From assembly GCA_900321855.1 (NCBI GenBank), contig ONXS01000002.1:5177-69176 (forward strand): DNA of 64,000 nt. Reading direction: 5' to 3'. The notes beneath the pieces are model-generated. The model had not been told where the DNA came from. It did no database searches and worked only from the letters and a program-made list of their open reading frames with translations. Shown here in pieces: positions 40,088 through 49,831 of the stretch. The stretch is from an uncultured Eubacteriales bacterium (lineage in GTDB: Bacteria; Bacillota; Clostridia; Lachnospirales; Lachnospiraceae). A program made the translations under genes and the position numbers. The number at the start of each line of letters is the position of its first letter. Within the stretch, counting starts at the first letter, position 1.

Positions 40088-41643
40088 TTTATTTTAATGA
40101 GAAAATATCTCCGAGACAGATGTTTTTTATGGTATTGCTGGGATTTTCGGGAGTGACCTGTATGTATGCCACCGATTTGAATGTCCGATATGCAGGAAGA
40201 TATGCAGTCATCAGCATCGCAATTACGATTCTGTTTGCATATTTGATTACGGCACTTTTTCTGCGAATGACGAAAAAGTTGAATTTTTCGTCTTGGAATA
40301 GCGGAATTAAAACATGTGTATTTATTGTCTTGGGAATCAAATATAGTGTTTTGCTTGTCTTATTGGCACTGTCTATGGTCAGTCTGGTAAAGAAAGAGAT
40401 TATACCAGATGTCTCTTATTTTTATATCTGTGCCTTAATTTTTATTGTAATTCTATATGTATCTGGAATTAATACGGAGGCACGAGCGAGACTGTTAGAA
40501 GTCATGTTTTATCCTGCACTCATTGTTCTTGTATTGTTTTTTGTTTTTGGAATGACAAAAATACACATATATCGTCTGGAACTGGGAGAACTGTTGAAGA
40601 GTGGAGAGGGCGAAAATCTCATAGGGATTGTCAAGGCAGTTGTTGTGAATATGCTGCTGTTTGTACATCCGGAGATGGCGGTGCTGTTGATAAAAAGAAC
40701 AGAGCAGCACAGAAGAAAATCAGCCGGAAAAGCAATTTTATCAGCGATACTCATCACAGGAATTTTAAATATTCTGACATATATAGAAACTGCCGGAACC
40801 TTGAGTGTGAATATGGTACGGGCAAAGAATGATTCGGTTATCCGACTGATTAAAATTTTTAAAATGCCCTATATCAGTTTTGAGAGGCAGGGTGGACTGT
40901 TTATCATTTTCTTTATTCTCAGTATGTTTTTTGCGGTTATCTGCGTGACATCTTATCTTGGATATTCACTGGGGCAGTGCGGATTTCAGAATCAAAAAGT
41001 AAAAGCTGGAATTTTTGCTGTTATTTTGGCAGGAGGCACGATATTCCTGCTCAACAATAGTGATTATTTTGCAAAAATAAAGGAAATACATCAGAGAAAA
41101 ATTCCAATCGAGAAGAGATTGTATGCAGGATTTTTGCTGATTGACAGAGAACAGGGTGAATATCAGATTCTCTTGTCTTTTAAGACAGAATATAATGGGA
41201 GTAAATACCGGATTATGAAGGTAAAAGATTTAGAAAATCTTCAGAAACAGTGGGAGACAACGAGTGAAAAACATCTGGATTTGTCGGGGGTAAAAGCGAT
41301 TATGCTTACAGATGAGCTTGTAAAAGACAGCCGTGTAAAAAAGCAGGTGCTTGACTTCATGGAAAATAATGATGAGTTGTCAGACAACTTGCTTTTGTGT
41401 GTGACAGATTCTTCATTCAAACAGACAGATGGTGAGCAGCCGGATAATGAAACAGTGTTTGATAGGGATTTGGGAGAGTATATTGAAAGTGTGGCGAGCC
41501 AGAATATTGGAAAAACAGAGTCAAAATTTTATCGTGTAAGTCTGGTGCTTTATGGAACAGACAAGTCCTGCAATCTTGCACGTTTTCATATCGGAGATAA
41601 AAACGTGCAATATGCAGGAACGACAGAGCTGTCAGTCAACTAG
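40084..41643 (+). CDS. Spore germination protein, GerB-type membrane domain fused to GerC-like soluble domain
   Basis: KISPRQ start, EARARLLE, FERQ; about 10 TMs; then IEKR...LIDR...Y.I.L..F...LDLSGVKAIML. Confidence 0.7.
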   Translation: MIYFNEKISPRQMFFMVLLGFSGVTCMYATDLNVRYAGRYAVISIAITILFAYLITALFLRMTKKLNFSSWNSGIKTCVFIVLGIKYSVLLVLLALSMVSLVKKEIIPDVSYFYICALIFIVILYVSGINTEARARLLEVMFYPALIVLVLFFVFGMTKIHIYRLELGELLKSGEGENLIGIVKAVVVNMLLFVHPEMAVLLIKRTEQHRRKSAGKAILSAILITGILNILTYIETAGTLSVNMVRAKNDSVIRLIKIFKMPYISFERQGGLFIIFFILSMFFAVICVTSYLGYSLGQCGFQNQKVKAGIFAVILAGGTIFLLNNSDYFAKIKEIHQRKIPIEKRLYAGFLLIDREQGEYQILLSFKTEYNGSKYRIMKVKDLENLQKQWETTSEKHLDLSGVKAIMLTDELVKDSRVKKQVLDFMENNDELSDNLLLCVTDSSFKQTDGEQPDNETVFDRDLGEYIESVASQNIGKTESKFYRVSLVLYGTDKSCNLARFHIGDKNVQYAGTTELSVN

Positions 41644-42270
41644 ACTGTTTAAAAATTTGAGATATTTGAAACGATAAGAGACGTTGCTGTCCTGACAGAC
41701 GGCACTGTATTCATCGGTGCTAAGAGTGTCAGAGAGCATTTCTTCACCCTCTTTATCGACAACTCCGTGGGAAATATCGACAAAACAGAGTGGAGGGTAG
41801 AGGACGCACCACCAGTTTTTCCCTTTTGCCTCACCGATTTTAATCTCATATGCGCGGTATTCTCCGGGAGGAAAGCTGTAATTTCCATAAGATTTTGTGG
41901 GAAAATAGGTATTACACAGAGTTGTATTTACACTGTAATCATAGCCGTTTTCAGAGATAATCTGACGAGCGATAGCCTCAATGTGAGCGGATTCTTCTGT
42001 GAGAATTTTTTCACTCTCCGCGATGCTCTTTGAATTTTTCAGCAGTGGGGAGATGTAGTTTACAACGGCATCTTTCACTTTTAATTTCAGAGCCTGGTCT
42101 TCATCGGAATCACTGTTTGCGATAACGTGAAAACGCACAATTTTTTTCGAAATTGTCTTTTGAAGATGCGACATATCTCTTGATTTTGCAGTAATAGATG
42201 TGTATGTAATACCGATTAAAACCGATAAAAACAAAATACAGAAACGACCGGGCAACATTTTACTATTCAT
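41632..42270 (-). CDS. spoIIR: Stage II sporulation protein R
   Basis: IVRFHVIANSDSDEDQALKLKVKD, GKNWWCVLYPPLCF. Confidence 0.96.
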   Translation of the reverse strand: MNSKMLPGRFCILFLSVLIGITYTSITAKSRDMSHLQKTISKKIVRFHVIANSDSDEDQALKLKVKDAVVNYISPLLKNSKSIAESEKILTEESAHIEAIARQIISENGYDYSVNTTLCNTYFPTKSYGNYSFPPGEYRAYEIKIGEAKGKNWWCVLYPPLCFVDISHGVVDKEGEEMLSDTLSTDEYSAVCQDSNVSYRFKYLKFLNSLVD

Positions 42271-42348
42271 AAATAAGACCTCCAATAATTTAATGATAAT
42301 TGAGAACCAAGCGGTTTTGCTGGGATTTTTGAACTTTGTTCTTAAGCT

Positions 42349-42377
42349 TAGTATTGACAGAAATTTCCAGTATAAAC
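42349..42377 (-). promoter_or_regulatory. Possible sigma-F promoter of spoIIR
   Basis: Minus strand GTTTA...CAATACTA with about 15-nt spacing; spoIIR is classically sigma-F dependent. Confidence 0.45.
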
Positions 42378-42459
42378 ATATGGAAATTATAAATAGTTGC
42401 TATTTTCAGCGAAAAATAGTAAAATATATTACAGAATTATTAACTATGGTGGTGACTTT

Positions 42460-43554
42460 ATGAAATTTATAAAATTCCATAAGAACATTATGGCTGTGGT
42501 TACAGGTTTGCTTATTCTCGTTATAGTGATATTTGCTGTGACGGAAATTATGTACAATAGAAAAAAAGAGGATAAGAAAATTCGCAAATGTGACATCGCA
42601 GTTTTGACATATGATGATATTGATAAAGATTATTTTTCTCAGGTGCGCAGAGGAGTGGTATCTGCAGCAAAAGAACAGAATTTAACTTATCATATTTTTT
42701 CTGTAGATGATTATGGTGATTCATATGAAGATACATTGAAAAAGGTATTAGAGAGAAAGCCTGTACTGGTAGTAATGCCAGATGCAACTTTTGCAGAGAC
42801 TTTATATAATTATCAGCATCAATATGAAAATACAGAATTTGTACTTGTGGGAGCAGTTCCTCACAATGCAGACAACACAGATTCGGAAATTGGAAAAAAT
42901 GTAATATCTGTGACGTTTGATGATGCGGAATGTGGATTTACGGCGGGATACACAGCAGTTCAGAATGGTTATGACAAACTTGCTTTTGTGTGCGATGATG
43001 ATGACAGCAGGTCTGTTCATTATTACTATGGATATTTACAGGGAGCAGATTATGCAGCAAGTCTGGAACAGAATCGTAAAGTATCGGTATCTGTTTATCA
43101 CAATCTGGAGACGGAGGAGAACAGTTCGGTAAAGACAATCGACCCAAGTACAGAAGTTATTACAACATCAAGCGATAAAATCATTAAGAAACTTGCAGAT
43201 GATACGGAATTGCAGAAAATTCCTGTCATTTATCTCGGAGACAATACACTTAATTATAAGAATATCTCTGCGATGATTAACAATGATATTGAATTGTCCG
43301 TAAAGAATGTAATTATTTCCGTAAAACGTCAGGACGTGGATACAGGAAATGAAATTACAAATGATGTGACAAATAACACAATCGTGCTCAATAAAATCGG
43401 AAAAGTATTTGAGGATATTGACGATAAAGAGATTAATGAGCTGGTGTCAAAAATGAAACATAAAGAGATTACCGTGATTGGGGATGCTTCGATTTCGATT
43501 GGAGAACTTGACTTAAATCATATCACATATACGGATAATAAGGTGATTCGCTAA
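42460..43554 (+). CDS. BMP/PnrA-family substrate-binding-like protein, TM-anchored
   Basis: IDKDYFSQVRRGV, NTEFVLV, NVISVTFDDAECGFTAGY, YYYGYLQGADYAA. Confidence 0.75.
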   Translation: MKFIKFHKNIMAVVTGLLILVIVIFAVTEIMYNRKKEDKKIRKCDIAVLTYDDIDKDYFSQVRRGVVSAAKEQNLTYHIFSVDDYGDSYEDTLKKVLERKPVLVVMPDATFAETLYNYQHQYENTEFVLVGAVPHNADNTDSEIGKNVISVTFDDAECGFTAGYTAVQNGYDKLAFVCDDDDSRSVHYYYGYLQGADYAASLEQNRKVSVSVYHNLETEENSSVKTIDPSTEVITTSSDKIIKKLADDTELQKIPVIYLGDNTLNYKNISAMINNDIELSVKNVIISVKRQDVDTGNEITNDVTNNTIVLNKIGKVFEDIDDKEINELVSKMKHKEITVIGDASISIGELDLNHITYTDNKVIR

Positions 43555-43656
43555 AATGAAAATTGTGTGAAATTTGCGGCAGAGTGCTTTATTTTTTGCG
43601 TTGAATATGATATAACAGAGAAGTTATTACAAAAATAGGAAAGGTAAAATAGTTCA

Positions 43657-44955
43657 ATGAGAAAGAAAATCATAGTTTTTGGATTGTGCTTATCGCTTGT
43701 ACTTACATCAGTGACAGCATGTTCAAAGAATAAAAGTAAAACAAAGACAAGCGAGGCAGTAAGCTCAAGTACAGATAACGGCTCAGAAGAAGAGACTGTA
43801 TCACTTGCACAGACAGATTTAGCTGGAAAAGATACAGAATTCACAACAAAGATTAATTATGTAGCAGAGATTGGAGATAAATTCGTAGCAGACAACAAAG
43901 ATATGCTGATGTATTTTATGTTCAGTCAGTTATCACTTATCGATGAATATGACAGCGCAAATAAACTTATGGAAGATTTGAAAACAGGTTTGAGAACTTC
44001 TAATGTTATGAGTGCAGCATTTAGCCAGTTGAAAGAGCAGGCAAAAGTTGGAGAGAATGAAGAAGTCTTCAATGCTTATTATACAGAACAGAAGAAGAGA
44101 TACGAAGACCTCGCAACACAAAACAGCACTGATTTCAATATTATGCTGCAGTCTATGGGATATGAGGATGAAGAGGCATTTAAAAAAGCAATTAAATCTC
44201 AGTTTGATGATTATGTAGTTCTTGCAAAGATTGCAAAAGACAATGACCTTACAGTTACAAAGAAAGAGTATGATTCACTTGTAAATGCTATTGTTGCATC
44301 TGAGGATTCTTATACATCTGTAGAGGATTTTGAATCAAAAGTAAATAAACAGCAGTTGATAGACAGTATTATGATGAACAAATCTTACTATCAGATTGCA
44401 AAATCTGTTACGGTTACAGAAGATACAGAAACAACTGATTCAAAAGATGACAGTGAGGCATTAGAGGTAAGTACAGAGATACCTTCTATTGGAGGAGATT
44501 CAGAAACTCTTGCATATTCTACATATGATGTAGAGGTAACAGTTCCAGATTTATCAGGAATTAAAGTAGCTGCCTCAGCAGCAAAAGTTACAAAGTTATC
44601 ACTTCAGAGTGCAGTTTCTGCAATTCTTAATTCAACAAGTTTTAATGTAGAGAATGTTGAGAAGAAGGAAGGAAAAGTTGAGAAGTACGACCTTGTAAAT
44701 ATTGATTATACAGGAAGAATTGATGGAAAGATTTTTGCCGGAGGACAGGCAGAGGGATATAATCTCTTAATTGGTTCTAATTCATTCATTGACGGATTTG
44801 AGGAAGGATTAATTGGCAAAGAGGTAGGAGTGACAGAAGTTCTGAACTTAAAATTCCCAGATGACTACGGTCAGGCAGCAGGCACAGCTTCTCAAAGTGA
44901 GACAACAGCAGCGGAAGAGGAGACAACTGTAGAAGAGACAACAGATGCAGAATAA
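43657..44955 (+). CDS. Trigger-factor-like FKBP PPIase lipoprotein with permuted domain order
   Basis: Lipobox VTAC; TF C-domain motifs first; VNIDYTGRIDG..F.GG.AEGYNL.IGSNSFIDGFEEGLIG FKBP core near the C-terminus. Confidence 0.85.
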   Translation: MRKKIIVFGLCLSLVLTSVTACSKNKSKTKTSEAVSSSTDNGSEEETVSLAQTDLAGKDTEFTTKINYVAEIGDKFVADNKDMLMYFMFSQLSLIDEYDSANKLMEDLKTGLRTSNVMSAAFSQLKEQAKVGENEEVFNAYYTEQKKRYEDLATQNSTDFNIMLQSMGYEDEEAFKKAIKSQFDDYVVLAKIAKDNDLTVTKKEYDSLVNAIVASEDSYTSVEDFESKVNKQQLIDSIMMNKSYYQIAKSVTVTEDTETTDSKDDSEALEVSTEIPSIGGDSETLAYSTYDVEVTVPDLSGIKVAASAAKVTKLSLQSAVSAILNSTSFNVENVEKKEGKVEKYDLVNIDYTGRIDGKIFAGGQAEGYNLLIGSNSFIDGFEEGLIGKEVGVTEVLNLKFPDDYGQAAGTASQSETTAAEEETTVEETTDAE

Positions 44956-44975
44956 TGCTTAAAGAATAAAGATGA

Positions 44976-45010
44976 AAAATCCCTATGACCTTGTGGTGAT
45001 AGGGATTTTT
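44976..45010. terminator. Bidirectional terminator
   Basis: AAAAATCCCTAT...ATAGGGATTTTT. Confidence 0.8.
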
Positions 45011-45049
45011 ATTATAATCAAATTGTATATCTTGTAGTGACAGTATCGG

Positions 45050-45460
45050 TTAATCAAGACCGGCATGCAGTTTTGCAATTCGTTTAATATCCTTTAATGT
45101 CTTGATTGGAGGACCGAAAGTCTCTATCTGGTAATCGTAACAGGCAGTTTGGATAAAATCCAAAACCATACTTGTGTGATGTTGAGGCATCTGTGTGATG
45201 TATTCTTTCATAAACTGATAATAGTTATCAGAGCGTCCGAGTTTGTACGCAGAAACCCACGCTACCAGCATACACAGGCTGAAGTGCTCAATTGTCTCTG
45301 TGGTATTAGAACATCGGATATTATTCGTTAATACCATATAATCGTCATAGTCTAGATCAATGATGTCCTTAATTAGAATACTATTAGTTGGATTATTATT
45401 AAATTTTCGAACTACAATGGCTTGAATGTCATGTAATTTCGCATCTCTGGACCACAACAT
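45050..45460 (-). CDS. Hypothetical protein
   Basis: 136-aa ORF with GGGGTG RBS, own intergenic space and terminator; no recognised motif. Confidence 0.65.
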   Translation of the reverse strand: MLWSRDAKLHDIQAIVVRKFNNNPTNSILIKDIIDLDYDDYMVLTNNIRCSNTTETIEHFSLCMLVAWVSAYKLGRSDNYYQFMKEYITQMPQHHTSMVLDFIQTACYDYQIETFGPPIKTLKDIKRIAKLHAGLD

Positions 45461-45527
45461 AAAATCACCCCATCTTTCTAAAGATTTGCCAATACTATAT
45501 CGATATTATATCATATGGTTAGAACTA

Positions 45528-45556
45528 TTGCAAAAAAAAAAGCCCTAGTGTATAAT
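45528..45556 (+). promoter_or_regulatory. sigma-A promoter with A10 tract in the spacer
   Basis: TTGCAA-N17-TATAAT; A-run 45532-45541. Confidence 0.7.
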
Positions 45557-45603
45557 TTTCTTATTGTAAATATAGCATAAATAAACATAAACGGAGGCAT
45601 ATT

Positions 45604-46671
45604 ATGAAACATAGAATATCAGTCTTGCTTGCTCTGGTGATGGTTTTGTGTGTGATGACAGCTTGCACAAAAACTTCCGATAAAAAAGAGACAGTATCGC
45701 AGAAAGAGAAGAACAACGAGACGACAGCAGCGACAGAGGAAATTACAGAAAAATTAGAAGACGAATATGAGCCAGAGGAGTATAACATTGCTGTTTTAAA
45801 AGGACCAACAGCAGTGGGATTTGCGAAAGCATGGAGTGATTCGGAACAGAATCAGACAAAAAATAAATATCATGTAACAGCATATGCGACAGCAGATGAA
45901 ATTACAGCAGGAATTGCAAAAGGAGAAATTGATATTGCAGCAGTTCCGTGTAATCTCGCATCTGTGCTATACAATAAAACAAACAAACAAATCAGCGTAG
46001 CGGCAATCAATACATTGAGTGTATTATATATGGTTTCAACACAGGAACTTGAATCTGTTGCGGATTTAAAAGGAAAGACAATTTATACAACCGGTCAGGG
46101 AACTACACCGGAATACACATTAAATTATATTTTGACGAAGAATGGCTTGAAAGTTGGAGAAGATGTGACAATTGAGTATAAATCAGAGGCTGCAGAGGTG
46201 GCTGCATTATTGAGTCAGGACAGTTCGGCAGTCGGTATGCTCCCACAGCCATATGCGACAGCAGTTATTACAAAGAATCCATCTATGAAAATTGTGCTCG
46301 ATATGGGAGAAGAGTGGAATAAGGTTTCTAATACACCGGTAGTTACAGGCGTTGTAATTGCAAGAAATAATGTGATTGACAGAAATGAGAGTGGATTTGA
46401 GGCGTTTTTGGAAGATTACTCAAATTCCGTAGAATATGCAAAATCGAATGTGGAAGATGTGGCAGCAATTCTCGCTGATAAGGGAATCTTTGAGTCAGCA
46501 ATTGCCACAAAAGCGATTCCATACATGAATATAGCATTTATAACAGGTGAACAGATGCAGGTAAATGTAGATACATATTTAAATGTACTTTATCAGGCTA
46601 ATCCAAAGTCTGTTGGAGGAGCTGTTCCAGATAATAAATTCTATTATTTCTCTGAGGATTTAGTGGGATAA
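45604..46671 (+). CDS. ABC substrate-binding lipoprotein, NitT/TauT (SsuA/NMT1-like)
   Basis: Lipobox MTAC; LKGPT, DIAAVPCNLASVLYNK, DLKGKTI, LPQPY. Confidence 0.85.
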   Translation: MKHRISVLLALVMVLCVMTACTKTSDKKETVSQKEKNNETTAATEEITEKLEDEYEPEEYNIAVLKGPTAVGFAKAWSDSEQNQTKNKYHVTAYATADEITAGIAKGEIDIAAVPCNLASVLYNKTNKQISVAAINTLSVLYMVSTQELESVADLKGKTIYTTGQGTTPEYTLNYILTKNGLKVGEDVTIEYKSEAAEVAALLSQDSSAVGMLPQPYATAVITKNPSMKIVLDMGEEWNKVSNTPVVTGVVIARNNVIDRNESGFEAFLEDYSNSVEYAKSNVEDVAAILADKGIFESAIATKAIPYMNIAFITGEQMQVNVDTYLNVLYQANPKSVGGAVPDNKFYYFSEDLVG

Positions 46672-46673
46672 AT

Positions 46674-48107
46674 ATGAAATTATATAAAAAATTATTCGTA
46701 GTGCCAGCAATTATCTTTTGGATAGTTGTCTGGCACTATTGGTCAAAAAGAGTAGGAAATGGAATATTTCTGCCTTCACCGGAAAAAACATTTCACACAA
46801 TGCTAATCCTTGTTCGGGAAAAGACATTTTTCCAAACACTTATTCATACGATAGGAAATATCATGAAAGGTTTTTCTTATGCAGTTATTGCAGGATTTGT
46901 GTTGGGGACACTGGCATCCTTTTTTAGACTGTTGCAGATACTCACAGATACACTGATGAATATGATTAAGGCAGTTCCGGTGGCATCCTTTACAATTCTT
47001 GCACTACTCTTTATCAAATCGGAACATATGGCGGTGCTTGTATCTTTTTTAATTGTCACACCGTCTATTTACACAAATGTCATGACAGGTTATCATCATG
47101 TTGAACACAATATGAAAGAGATGTCTGGGATCTATGGAGTGCCTGTAATAAGAAGAATCCGCTATATGTACCTTCCGGAGGTGTTGCCGGCACTGTTGGC
47201 GGCTTGTCAGACTGGTGTTGGACTGGCGTACAAATCAGGTGTATCGGCAGAAGTTATTGCCCAGACGACAGATACGATTGGATATGAATTATATCAGTCA
47301 AAAATATATCTTGATACAGAGCGTCTGTTTGCATGGACAATTCTTGTAATACTTCTCAGTGCACTTGTTTCATGGATTGTAAAAATGATATTTGCTGGCC
47401 TGAACAAAGTAGTGGTAAAATCTCATAGTATCGGTGGATTGTATCGCGTCACAAATCAAATATTCGCAGAGGAAAAAAAGGATACAATGATTGATTTTGC
47501 TGAGAAAAAGGAGAAGGCGCTGAAACTATTGGGAGTCTCAAAAACATACCAGAAACAAAAAATTATAGAAAATATGAATATAGAATTGCATCAGGGAGAT
47601 GTGATTGCAGTGATGGGAGAATCGGGAATCGGAAAGACGACACTGGGAAATTTAATTACAGGTGTGGTGAGAGCTGATTCTGGAGAAATCATAAAAGAGA
47701 ATCTTCGAAAAACTGGTGTCGTATTTCAGGAAAACAGACTGTTTGAAAACAGTGACATATATACCAATATGTATTATGCGACAGGAAAACAGGCAGTATC
47801 TAGACAGCAATACGATGAGATTTTAGAGAGGCTGGAATTAAACGGATATGGGAGAACAGTCGTTTCAAAACTTAGTGGTGGAATGAAACGAAGAGTTTCC
47901 ATTGCCAGAGCATTGCTGATACAGCCGGATATATTGATTTTAGATGAGCCATTTAATGGTTTGGATAGACAGCTTGCTTACCGAGTGATGGACTATATCA
48001 AAGAGACAAATAAGAATCGAATTACAGTCCTCATAACTCATAATTGCGAAGAGGCAGAGAGAATGGGAGCTGAAATTATAGAAATAAATAAGAAAGAGAG
48101 AGAATGA
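46674..48107 (+). CDS. Fused NitT/TauT ABC permease + ATP-binding protein
   Basis: LPSP, VPVASF permease motifs then GESGIGKT, LSGGMKRRV, LDEPF in a single ORF. Confidence 0.85.
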   Translation: MKLYKKLFVVPAIIFWIVVWHYWSKRVGNGIFLPSPEKTFHTMLILVREKTFFQTLIHTIGNIMKGFSYAVIAGFVLGTLASFFRLLQILTDTLMNMIKAVPVASFTILALLFIKSEHMAVLVSFLIVTPSIYTNVMTGYHHVEHNMKEMSGIYGVPVIRRIRYMYLPEVLPALLAACQTGVGLAYKSGVSAEVIAQTTDTIGYELYQSKIYLDTERLFAWTILVILLSALVSWIVKMIFAGLNKVVVKSHSIGGLYRVTNQIFAEEKKDTMIDFAEKKEKALKLLGVSKTYQKQKIIENMNIELHQGDVIAVMGESGIGKTTLGNLITGVVRADSGEIIKENLRKTGVVFQENRLFENSDIYTNMYYATGKQAVSRQQYDEILERLELNGYGRTVVSKLSGGMKRRVSIARALLIQPDILILDEPFNGLDRQLAYRVMDYIKETNKNRITVLITHNCEEAERMGAEIIEINKKERE

Positions 48108-48412
48108 TTATGGTAAAACACATTATTTTATGGCAGTTAAAAGATGAACTTCAGGGAGAAGAAAAAGAGGCAGTTATGGCAGGAATCAAGGAAGGACTTG
48201 AGGGATTGAAAGGACAGATTCCGGGATTAATTGATATTAAGGTTCAAAAAGAGAAATTGGCATCGTCCAATGCAGATGTTATGCTCGATTCTACATTTGA
48301 GGATGAGGCATCGTTAAAAGGATATTCGACACATGAAAAACATGTTGCAGTGGCAAACAGTAAGGTAAGACCTTATACAAAGAACAGAGTTTGTATTGAT
48401 TTTGAGGTATAA
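48104..48412 (+). CDS. Dabb (stress-responsive A/B barrel) family protein
   Basis: VKHIILW...IPGL...Y.THEKH...IDFE. Confidence 0.88.
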   Translation: MIMVKHIILWQLKDELQGEEKEAVMAGIKEGLEGLKGQIPGLIDIKVQKEKLASSNADVMLDSTFEDEASLKGYSTHEKHVAVANSKVRPYTKNRVCIDFEV

Positions 48413-48452
48413 GGTTTCGCTGATGTTAAGTGACCAAAATCCTAAAAAGTAA

Positions 48453-48520
48453 GAAGAGGGAGAGGATATACGCGGAGCAAACATTTCGCAGTTTGTGTGG
48501 CATATATCCTCTCCCTCTTC
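48453..48520. terminator. Long hairpin between converging dabb and prs
   Basis: Perfect 18-bp inverted repeat GAAGAGGGAGAGGATATA / TATATCCTCTCCCTCTTC. Confidence 0.7.
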
Positions 48521-48544
48521 ATTTATAAATATCTATATCTTAAT

Positions 48545-49723
48545 CTAAATTACTTCTCCGTTGTGATACTTATCTAAGCATTTCTGAATACGTGCAACTG
48601 GATTCAAAAGGTTGCTGATAGAACCGTCATGGTTCAGTGTATCAATGATAAGTGCAATATATTTGCTCATATCACAGTTGATATAATATTCTCTTGATAA
48701 TAATTCAGGTGTCTGATATGTGAGGTTTGTTGTGAGAATTTTATCAAAAAGTCCCTCTTCATAAGCTTTATCAAATGCTCCAAGACCATTTGTAAAGAGG
48801 CCGAATGTTGTTGCCATAAATACTCTTCTTGCTTTTCTCTTCTTGAGCTGAGTAGCAACATCAATCATAGATTCTCCTGAAGAAATCATATCATCAATGA
48901 TGAAAACATCTTTTCCTTCTACGCTGGCACCGAGAAATTCATGTGCAACGATAGGATTACGTCCATCTACAACTTTACTGTAATCACGGCGTTTGTAGAA
49001 CATACCCATATCAACTCCTAATACGTTGGCAAGGAATTTTGCTCTTCCCATACCACCCTCATCAGGGCTGATCATCATTAAGTGGTCTGCATCAATCTGT
49101 AAATCTTTTACATTTCTGAGCAAGCCTTTTACAAACTGATATGCAGGTGTTACTGTCTCAAATCCTTTGAAAGGAATTGCGTTTTGTACACGAGGATCGT
49201 GAGCATCAAAAGTAATGATGTTCTCAACTCCTAAATTAACAAGTTCCTGAAGTGCAACAGCACAGTCTAAAGATTCACGACCTGTACGTTTGTGCTGGCG
49301 GCTCTCGTATAAGAATGGCATGATAACTGTGATTCTCTTGCCTTTGCCGGCTGCAGCAGCGATGACACGTTTTAAATCCTGATAGTGATCATCTGGAGAC
49401 ATATGATTTGTAAGACCACAGAGAGAATATGTCATATTATAGTTTGTCACATCAGTCATGAGATATAAATCCATACCTCTTACAGATTCGTTGATGCTTC
49501 CTTTTGCCTCACCAGAACCAAATCTTGAAATCTTGGCATCAATCAGATAAGAATCTTTCTGATAGCCTGCAAATGCGATTGTGTGTTTGTGCTCGTTTTC
49601 TCTTTCGTTTCTCCATGCAGCAATGTAAGCGTCAACCTTTCTTCCTAAGGCTTCACAGCTCTCCATTGATACAATTCCAAGAGGACCAACAGGAATAGTT
49701 GCTAAATTGTTTTCTTCAATCAT
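48545..49723 (-). CDS. prs: Ribose-phosphate pyrophosphokinase
   Basis: RFGSGE, MPFLYESRQHK, SPDEGG, IDDMISSGES. Confidence 0.94.
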   Translation of the reverse strand: MIEENNLATIPVGPLGIVSMESCEALGRKVDAYIAAWRNERENEHKHTIAFAGYQKDSYLIDAKISRFGSGEAKGSINESVRGMDLYLMTDVTNYNMTYSLCGLTNHMSPDDHYQDLKRVIAAAAGKGKRITVIMPFLYESRQHKRTGRESLDCAVALQELVNLGVENIITFDAHDPRVQNAIPFKGFETVTPAYQFVKGLLRNVKDLQIDADHLMMISPDEGGMGRAKFLANVLGVDMGMFYKRRDYSKVVDGRNPIVAHEFLGASVEGKDVFIIDDMISSGESMIDVATQLKKRKARRVFMATTFGLFTNGLGAFDKAYEEGLFDKILTTNLTYQTPELLSREYYINCDMSKYIALIIDTLNHDGSISNLLNPVARIQKCLDKYHNGEVI

Positions 49724-49831
49724 TTCAAACCTCCGATTAAATTTTCCTTACGGTAGCGCCATAGGCGCTGTACTTTGTTCTAATCCAATAAATTTATAAC
49801 ATTATGGTTTCAGATAGTCAAGTATAAAATG

